Shown here piece after piece: positions 1-10,415 of a stretch of 64,000 nt of DNA. The position numbers and the translations under genes were made by a program. Source of the DNA: Chrysomallon squamiferum. Lineage: Eukaryota; Animalia; Mollusca. Numbering within the stretch: the stretch's first letter is position 1; each line of letters opens with the position of its first letter. The notes beneath the pieces were generated by a model. It was given only the letters and a program-made list of their open reading frames with translations, did no database searches and was not told where the DNA came from. The DNA is taken from the NCBI GenBank assembly GCA_012295275.1, contig CM022670.1, positions 3,472,001 to 3,536,000 on the forward strand, written 5' to 3'.

Positions 1-971
1 AAATACATTTTATACTGAATCTTTAGAAATTTAAAACAATAATTTTTGAAAGAAATAATTTGTTTGCCATCAAAAAAAAAAAAAATTAAAAATCCAGAAT
101 AAAAATATATTAATATTTATGTATTGAACATAATCTTTATTCTCAAAATGGTTTGTAATAATAAATAATAATAATTTAGAAAATTTCCCTACTGAATAGT
201 TTAAATATGGAAAGTAATTAATATTCAGTTATTGATTTAATATTTAATAATTAAAAAAACATGTTCAGAAAATGTTAAGTATTAGAAATTACTTCACATT
301 TATTTTTATTTTTAATGTACTGTATGATATATGTACAATAGTGCTTACTTTAATTGTAATTTAATTTTTTAAATTTTATTTAAAAACAATAAGTTTTCGC
401 TGATTTTTAATTTTATTTATTTATTTTCTTTTTTTCATTATTTGTTTGTTTTTTGTTTTTTGTGACTTACTTAATCTTTTGTTCTTTTCTTCTTTTATTT
501 AAAAATTATAAACAAATATCTTTAATTTGATAGAAATATTTATTTTCTGATGTTAAAAAATATCTTGTACATTATAGTGTAACTAGTTGTGATATAAAAT
601 TATTTCAGTAATATTTCAAATTATGAAAATATATTTAATGTTTAAAATGTTTTTAGATAAAAATCAATTTTCATTAAAATCTAAGTCTATGATATAAAAA
701 TTATATATTCTGATATATTGCACTAAAATGAAAATCATAAACATTATTGTACAATATATTTTTTTATTAACTTTATAAGTTATTTACATCAAAAAAAGTT
801 ATTAAAAAGATTAAATCAATCTGATGTTTGTGTTTACCTATTATATTTTGTTTCTCTTATTTTTATCTTTATAAATAAAAATAAATAAAAACTCTTGCAA
901 TGATGAATCTTTATATACTAATAATAAAAGGGAATCTGTTTTCCCATAGCCTTGTTATTTTATTGTCACCC

Positions 972-1003
<32 letters not shown>

Positions 1004-1145
1004 CACTACTCAGCATTTGGTTTAACCAGATTTTCCAAAGAAAGATATATATGCACACGATTCTTTTAAAAAAACAAAAAACAAAAATCTAACAAGATCT
1101 GATTATTTATAATTTTCTTTTTCTATATCTCCAACTTATATCTAG

Positions 1146-1465
1146 GACTTCTATACCTTTTAATGAAAAATATCTACACAGGACTTGTTGGTCTTACATG
1201 AGAATTCTGTGCTCAGTTCGAAAAAGGAAGACTGCAGAATCAACGATTCCTTTTCTCCTGACACAGATATGGAGAAAACAGATCCCAGACGAGATCTAGA
1301 TGAAACTTGGACAAAGTTTTTTAAATTTCAACCTCTCTGGAAGATTCGGAATTACTTTGGTGAAAAGATTGCTTTGTATTTTGCCTGGTCAGGAGAGCTG
1401 GCTTCATCACTGTGGATTCCAGCATTGTTTGGTTTGATCATCTTCATATATGGATTAGTACAAAG
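1146..1465 (+). CDS. Anoctamin exon A (pre-TM1 and TM1), with an apparent +1 frameshift near 1181
   Basis: Acceptor tctag at 1145; GLLYLLMKNIYT then DLLVLHE...QPLWKIRNYFGEKIALYFAW...YGLVQ; donor AG|gtgtgt at 1466. Confidence 0.9.
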
Positions 1466-2231
1466 GTGTGTGTATGTCTGAATGTCTTTTTGTGATTTTT
1501 AGAAAAATGTTTGTATTTAAAATAAAAAAATAAAAATTAATATTTGTTTTGCTAAATATTGTTATTGTTATTATTATTATTTCTAAATTTTTATTTTATA
1601 TTTTTATAGCTGATAATATATTTTTATTTGTATTATTTTTTACTTTCTAAATTATTATTATTTTACATTTTATATTTTTTATAGCTATTAATATAACTTG
1701 TATTTCTATTATTTATTAATTTTTTATTCTGTTTTATTTTTCTAAATTATTTTTATTTCATATATTATATATTTTTAATAGCAGATAATATAATTTGTAT
1801 TTGTATTATTTATTTATTTTATTTTTTTATTTCTAAATTATATTTATTTTGCATTTTTTTTATAGCTAATAATATAATTTGTGTTTGTGTTATTTCTTTA
1901 TTTCTTTCTTCATTTACTTTCAGTGTTGAAGAATCTAAAGAAATGACACATCCTACCTTAAACAATGCAACACTTGTGGATGAGTAAGATTAAAATTATT
2001 TTAATTCATTATATACTTACTTTTTATTTTTATATTACTATTATATTTTTTTAAAGTTTGTCAGTTATTCTCTTAATACAGCCTGAATTGTGAAATAATA
2101 ATAATAACAATAAAAAAATTCATTTTCAGTTTTAAAATACTTAAGAAATTACAGTTATATTTATATGCATTTTCTATATTTATGTAATAAAAATCTTAAA
2201 GCTTAAAATACATTGCATTTATGTTTTATTT

Positions 2232-2291
<60 letters not shown>

Positions 2292-4417
2292 ATGCAGATG
2301 ACAATTTATATTTTGTGTTTAGAGTGAAAGCTGCTGTACAGAATTTACTGAGTATTATCAAACAATCATTTGATAATGATATTACACCATTCTTTGCTCT
2401 TGTAATGTGCTTGTGGGGTGAGAATACATTTAATATTTTAATATTTTCATTAAAACATTATTTAAATTTGTTAAAAAAGAAATATTTTAATACTAATTAT
2501 TTTGAAATGTAATAATTAAAATATAATTTCTCTTCATGAAATGCCCAGCCCAAAAAGGTTTATAAATTAAAATGAAAGAACAACAATAAATTAAGAAACA
2601 AAATAACAACAAACAAATAAAAAAATAAAAAAGAGGGAAAAACATTTTTTGCAATTAAATAATTTCTACTTTTTAATTATGACAAATTTATTAGAAAAAA
2701 AAGCATATATGTGTTAATTTATTTTGATTCTTTCAGGCACAATTTTCTTGGAGATATGGAAAAGAAAAAATGCTACATTAGCTTATGAATGGGATGTGGA
2801 TGAGTTTGAAGCAAAAGAACCTGACAGACCTCAATATTTTGGCACTAAAGTCAAAAAAGTAAATTTGCTTTTCAGTAGTAAATACTTTTTCTCTTATATA
2901 TATTATTGGTAAATTCAGTTTTAAAATCCATATATATATATATATTTTTTCCTTAAATCTTTGGGATTAATGAACTTTTTAAATACTTCTAATTTTTGTG
3001 TACATACATTGTGTGTGTGTGTGTGTGTGTGTATGCACATATATATATATATTTTTGTATGTTTGTATATTTGTGAGTATATATGTGTACATATATGTGT
3101 GTGTGTGTGAATATGTGCTTTTGTATAACTGTGGGTATATATGTATGTATGACTAAATTAATGTGCGTTTCTCTGTAATTTGTTGTTATCCTGTAGGACC
3201 CTGTGACAAAAGAAAAAAATTGGTACTATCCATTCAAAAGACAGTTTTTGAAGTTTACAGCATCAACATCTGTACTTATTTTCTTGGTGAGTTTTTGAAT
3301 TTGTATTATTAGGTGTTAGTATAATTTTGATGACATTTCAATTATCATCATTATTTTCATGATCATAATCATCATCATCATCATAATCATTATAAAAAGT
3401 ATGTTTGATATTTAAAAGGAAAATGAATTGAGTTAACTATCATACATTTTCAAATGCTAAATTAATATCTCAAATACCATATCTTTAATTTAATTATATT
3501 TCTCCTTTCCAAGAAGGATATTACAGAGCAAAATCTCTTCATGCTGTTTGTTTTCAAATCTATTTTAACATAATCAATATTGTGATAGCATTTGAAAATA
3601 AATTAACAGAAAATTTACTGTTTTAGAGAACTCAAAGCACAATTTGTATTTTCAGATGGAATTTATGATTACAATGTTTAATTATCAATACATTTAATAT
3701 TAAAATAGAACCAGGTCTCAAAGCAAGCTTATTATTTCAGATATTATTTATTTTCAGATATACTATTTGTATTTAATTTTAATATTATAGAAAATATACA
3801 ATTCTAAATAGTCTGACATTTCAAAGCGCATTTTTTATTTTCACATACAATACTATATTTGTATTTACTATTAAAATAATAGAACATATAAATTTTTAAA
3901 TAGTATGAGGTCTCAAAGCACACTTTTTATTTTTGATAAAACAATACTCTGTTTGTATACTTTATATTTTCAGATATGTCTTGTTTTAGTCAGTGTTCTT
4001 GGTGTAATTATCTATCGTGTAATTATCACCATTGACATGTGTCCAACAATGACAGCATCTGAATGCCTCATCATGACTACTGTTGTTTCATCACTGTTAA
4101 ATGCCATCTCAATTTTACTGCTGGGAAAGGTAGTTTGAAAGGAAACATGTTTTCAAAAAATTAATATATTATGCCTCAATATGTTCAGTTGATTGTTTAA
4201 CAAATATTTTAACTATTTATAATTAGTTAAAATAAAAAACGAAGATAAATTTTGTCTTTTGCATGCAACTAAAAAATAGGAAATTGTTAATTAAATTTTG
4301 TTTGAACAGTTCTGTTATTGTTTAATGAAATTTCTTACATTTTTTAAATGTTTTTTTTATTTATGCACATTAATCATTGTAATGTTGCTGTTACATATTT
4401 TAGTTTCAAATTCTTCT

Positions 4418-4482
<65 letters not shown>

Positions 4483-7400
4483 TATTAATATTATTTGTTT
4501 ATTTATTTATTTGTTCTTATAATTTCAGTTTTCATGGGTTTTAACTTATTATTTTATATATACGTATATGTGTATGTGTGACTATTTTAACAATTAAAAT
4601 TTTTATGTGTAGATATTCTGAAATGCTGACTTTGTTTTATTTTTTATTTTTTTATTATTTTTTTTAAAGGTTTATGACGAAATAGCTGCTAAGTTGACTG
4701 ACTGGGGTAAGTTTTATTTATAAAAATGTAAGTTTAATAAATCAATCATGAACATGTACTATTCTATACTCATTAAATTTTTAAAATTTTTAAATTATAT
4801 ATGTGAATTAGTAAAATCTATTAAAAGTCTTTCAGTCCTCAAATGTTTTTTTTTTTTAAAAAGAAGATAATATTGCAAGTATGTATTAACTTTAATTTTA
4901 ATACACAACATTTATTATTACCTTAGACTTAAATATTAAATCCACTGCATGTGAAAATAAACCTAGCCAAAACCAATCAAAGTGGCACTCAGTTTAAAAT
5001 TTTAGTTATTTTTATAATTTTGACAGCTTAATTACAACACAATTTGTAATAATTTCAGAATAAATATTTTACAATTTTAAAAATTTAATTTTTATGCATC
5101 TCATTTTATTTTCAAAACAAATGATTTTAACTGATATTCTAAATTTGTCAGTTTGATTCACAAATTTATATTTGTAATACATTTTTCAATTTATGTTTTC
5201 AGAGAACCACAGAACAGAGACTCAACACAACGATGCTCTCATCATCAAACTGTTTGCTTTCCAGTTTGTCAACAGTTACGCTTCATGCTTCTACATTGCA
5301 TTTTTCAGAGGGGTAAATAACAAAATTGTTTGTTAAGATTGTTTTTGATTTTTAATATAAAGAAATAAAAACATTCTATAATGGGGGAATTTAGTTTTTG
5401 TACTATATTTATTATTACTGTTATTTTTGTCATTGTTATTTTATTTATTATCATCATCACCATCATCATCGTCATCATCAATATTACATAATCAAATTAC
5501 CAAGTAAATATAAAAATTATTATTTCATTAATTGATTTAATTTCCTAGAATTGTGTAAAATGATACTTCCTTTCAAAGTTTTTTACATTATTTTATTATG
5601 TACAAATAACAGTATTATCCTGAGATAGATGATTGTTATTACTGATATTTTTATTATTATTGTTGTTATTGTTATTATTATTAAAACTTTTATTATTATT
5701 CTTCTATTTAATATTATTATTACTATTATTATTATTATTTGTATTTATCAGAAATTTGATCAAAATGGACTGGTGGGTCGTGGTGCAGACTACAGAGACA
5801 GCTGTGAGGGAACATGCATGTCACAGCTTTCATTTCAAGTTCTTATCTTAATGCTTGTGAAACCATTTCCAAAGCTCTTCAAAGACTTTATTATTCCGTA
5901 AGTTTGTATGACTTTGTATTTCTCCATTTTTTATTTTATAACTCTTAATTTTATATTTAGTTTTATTTTTTTTTTATATTTAGCTGTTATTGATTTTTGT
6001 CATTCATACATTTTGTTTATAAAATAATCAAAATGTATTTAGAAAGTGGAGCAAGCTTGTTTAATTTTATTTTATTTATATCACTTTTTATTTTATTTTA
6101 TTTTATTTTGAATTTATATCTTTCTTTCTTTCTTTCTTTTCTTCTCATTTCTTTTTTATATTTTATTTATTTATTTATTTTTTTGTAATAATTTCCTCTT
6201 TTTTTTTCTGTTCAAAATTCTTCAGGCATAATTTAAACTCTTTTATTATTGTTTTTTTTTCTTGTTCTTTCTTTTAACCTTACATTGTAAACAAAAAGAA
6301 TAAGTATCAGCATCTGGCAATAAATTATTTTTAATTGTTTATCTATCACAGTTATAAACACATCCATTAATATTATTATTATATTTAGAATTAGTAAAAA
6401 ATTTAAAACAAAAATCCATTAAGTGATTAATAAATTATTTTTAATTGTTTATCTATCAGAATTATATACACATTCATTATTATTATCATTATTATCATTA
6501 TTATTATTATTAGATTTGTTAAAAAACGCTGGCGTAAACGTCCCAAGTGGTTAAGATGCTGTCAGAAGAATCGAGTTGACCAGGAAGCACAGGAAAGATC
6601 AGGCAGATTACCTGATCAACACAAAACATTTCTGGAGTGCGAGAAAGTTTAATTTTATCACTTTTTATTTTATTTTATTTTATTTTGAATTTATATTTTT
6701 TGTTATTTTCTTTCTTCCTTTTCTTCTCATTTCTTTTTTAAATTTTATTTATTTATCATTATTCCATAAGTTTGTATGACTTTGTATTTCTCCTTATTTT
6801 ATTTTATTACTTATAATTTTAATTTTTAATTTTTTTTTTACCTTCATCTTTTAGTGATTTTTATCATATATGCATTTCATATATAAATTACAAAAAATGA
6901 ATTTAGAATGTGCAGCAAGGATGTTTTGTTTAATTTATATCACTTTATATTTTATTTAAAAAAAAAATTTCTTTCTTTATTTATTTATTTTCTTCTGACT
7001 TCTTTTTTTATAATTTCTTTATTTATTCATTACTTTATTTGTAAAGAAATCTATATTGTAAAGAAATATACAATGTAAAGAAATATATATATCAGTATCT
7101 ACCAATACATTATTTTTAATTGAATATCTATCACAATTATATATACATACATTATTCATATAATTATTATTTTATATTTAGAATTAGTACAAAATGTGAA
7201 AAAGCCCATGCATTAAGTGGTTAATAAATTATTTTTAGTTGTTTATCTCTCAGAATTATATACACATTCATTAGTAGTATTATTATCATTATTATCATCA
7301 TCATCATCATCATTATCATTATTATTATTATTAGATTTATTAAAAAATGCTGGCGTAATCGTCCCAAGTGGTTAAGATGCTGTCAGAAGAATCGAGTTGA

Positions 7401-8638
7401 CCAGGAAGCACAGGAAAGATCAGGCAGATTACCTGATCAACACAAAACATTTCTGGAGTGCGAGAAAGTTTAATTTTATCACTTTTTATTTTATTTTATT
7501 TTATTTTGAATTTATATTTTTTGTTATTTTCTTTCTTCCTTTTCTTCTCATTTCTTTTTTAAATTTTACTTATTTATTTATTATTGTTATTGTAATAATT
7601 CCTCTTCTTTTTTTTTTCTGTTCAAAATTCTTCAGGTATAATTTAAACTCTTTTGTTATTGTTTTTTTTCTTGTTCTTTCTTTTAACCTTACATTGTAAA
7701 CACAAAGAAATATGTATCAGCATCTGGCAATAAATTATTTTTGAGGACATCATTATTCCATAAGTTTGTATGACTTTGTATTTCTCCTTATTTTATTTTA
7801 TTACTTATAATTTTAATTTTTAATTTTTTTTTTACCTTCATCTTTTAGTGATTTTTATCATATATGCATTTCATATATAAATTACAAAAAATGAATTTAG
7901 AATGTGCAGCAAGGATGTTTTGTTTAATTTATATCACTTTATATTTTATTTAAAAAAAAAAATTTCTTTCTTTATTTATTTATTTTCTTCTGACTTCTTT
8001 TTTTATAATTTCTTTATTTATTCATTACTTTATTTGTAAAGAAATCTATATTGTAAAGAAATATACAATGTAAAGAAATATATATATCAGTATCTACCAA
8101 TACATTATTTTTAATTGAATATCTATCACAATTATATATACATACATTATTCATATAATTATTATTTTATATTTAGAATTAGTACAAAATGTGAAAAAGC
8201 CCATGCATTAAGTGGTTAATAAATTATTTTTAGTTGTTTATCTCTCAGAATTATATACACATTCATTAGTAGTATTATTATCCTTATTATCATCATCATC
8301 ATCATCATTATCATTATTATTATTATTAGATTTATTAAAAAATGCTGGCGTAATCATCCCAAGTGCTTAAGATGCTGTCAGAAGAAAGCAGAGGAAGGAT
8401 CACGCAAATTATCTGTTCAACAAAGATTTCTGAAGTGTGAGAAAGAGAAACTGAGACTAGAAGACGACTTCACGCTTGGAGAATACACAGAGAAAGTTAT
8501 AATGTACGGCTTTCTCATGGTATGTATTCTTACTTACATTTTTATTTAATGTATGTACACATCTGTATACAGACACAGACACATGCAGTAATAAATATAT
8601 GTTTATATGGATGTGTTTATATAATATGTATGTGTGGA

Positions 8639-8694
<56 letters not shown>

Positions 8695-10382
8695 GATGCA
8701 CTCACACACACACACACAGAAAGAGAGTGAAGAAGGCAATATATAAACATTGTATTACTCATTCATATGAATGTACACAAATACAACCATACATGCATAA
8801 CACACACAGAAATGCATACATGTGCACGCACGCACACACACACACAAAGCACAACCCACCCTCCCCCCATACATTTAAATATTAACAAAACTTTCTTTAT
8901 ACCTTTCAGCTGTTTGCAGCTTCCTTCCCATTGGCTCCTTTTTTAGCATTGATAACAATTCTCATAGACATCAGAGTTGATGCAAACCGAATGTTATGGT
9001 GGTACAGAAGACCAGTTGCCTTCATAGCTCAGGATATTGGTAAATTGAATTTCTTTTGTAATACATAACAATGCTGAAGTATATTACTGTTGTTGTGTTA
9101 TTATAATTGCTGTTATTGGTATTTTAGCTCAGGATATTAGTAAATTGTATTTCTTTTATAATATATAACAATGCTGAAGTATATTATTGTTGTTGTTATT
9201 ACTGTTGTTCATGTTATTATTATTGCTGTTATTGGTATTTAAGTTTTTGTTAGTTTGAAATTATTGTTATTGATATATTATTATTATTATTATTATTATT
9301 ACTATTACTACCCATAATATTATTATTACAGTTACTATTATTATTATTTTTCTTATTACTATTATTATTGTTATTATTATTATTATTATTAAATTTGAAA
9401 TATACTTATTGACACCACCTTTTTCTTTCAGGAATGTGGTATAACATTTTGTCGTTTGTTAATTTTGCTGGAGTTTTATCAAATGCTTTTCTGATTGCAT
9501 TCACTTCATCTTGGGGACAGAAATTTTCTCTGGAGCAGAAACTTTGGATTGTTATTGGTTTTGAAGTTAGTGTTTTTCATCATCATTCTTGCTTTTGTCC
9601 TTTTCATTTCATTAGTTTGACATCAAATAGTTGATGTTTTCTTTCATTGAGTTTCATCATTTCATCTATATCGGTGTCATTATCATTATCAAATTTTTTA
9701 CTTATTTTTATTATAACAAAATTTACAAAATTATGTATGCAATTTCGATTTGTCATAGAAATTTACTTACTTTAGTTCTTACTTTTTTTGATTCTGACTG
9801 TCTTAAGAATTTGAAAATTAAAACTAGATTTCATTTTATATTTATGAAAAATATGAATATATGTATGATATTAATTCTTCTGTGTCTGTCTGTCTCTCTG
9901 TCTTTGTCTCTGTTTTCTTTCTCTCTCTTTCCCTCTTTTATTTGAACTCTTCCTTCGTTTATCCATCACTCTTTCTCTGTTCCCTCTAACTAAACCAGTC
10001 AAAGTTAGTATTTCAGTAAAATCTGCTGTTTATATTAAAAAAAAAAGAAAAAAGTAAAAATAAAAATCATGAAAGAAATTCAGTTCTGAATGTAGATGAA
10101 TGTAATGACATATTATCTGTTTTCAGCATATAGTATTTGTACTTAAGTTTATCCTTGCTTACATGATCCCAGATGTTCCTTCTAAAGTGCGTCTAGCAAT
10201 CAGACAAGTGAGTTTTTCTAAAAAAATTTGTTTCACTTTATAAAATATATAGAAAATTTAAACATTAATAATTAAAACAGATTAGATAGAGATTTTAATT
10301 GTTATATAAATGTGACTTTTATCACATTGAATCTTTTACTTTTAAGATATATTTAATAATAATAATAAGAAGAAGAAGAAGC

Positions 10383-10415
<33 letters not shown>

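Larger units (their letters stand above)
5891..8450. repeat. Tandem triplication of [exon I donor, intron, exon J]
   Basis: 6757-7334 is near-identical to 7751-8329; 6540-6755 is near-identical to the stretch from 7361; 6190-6330 resembles 7592-7740. Confidence 0.92.

Noticed and set aside
6576-7699. Twin ORFs MTRKHRKDQADY...
   Set aside because: Wrong-frame readings of the duplicated exons J1 and J2 running into T-rich intron.
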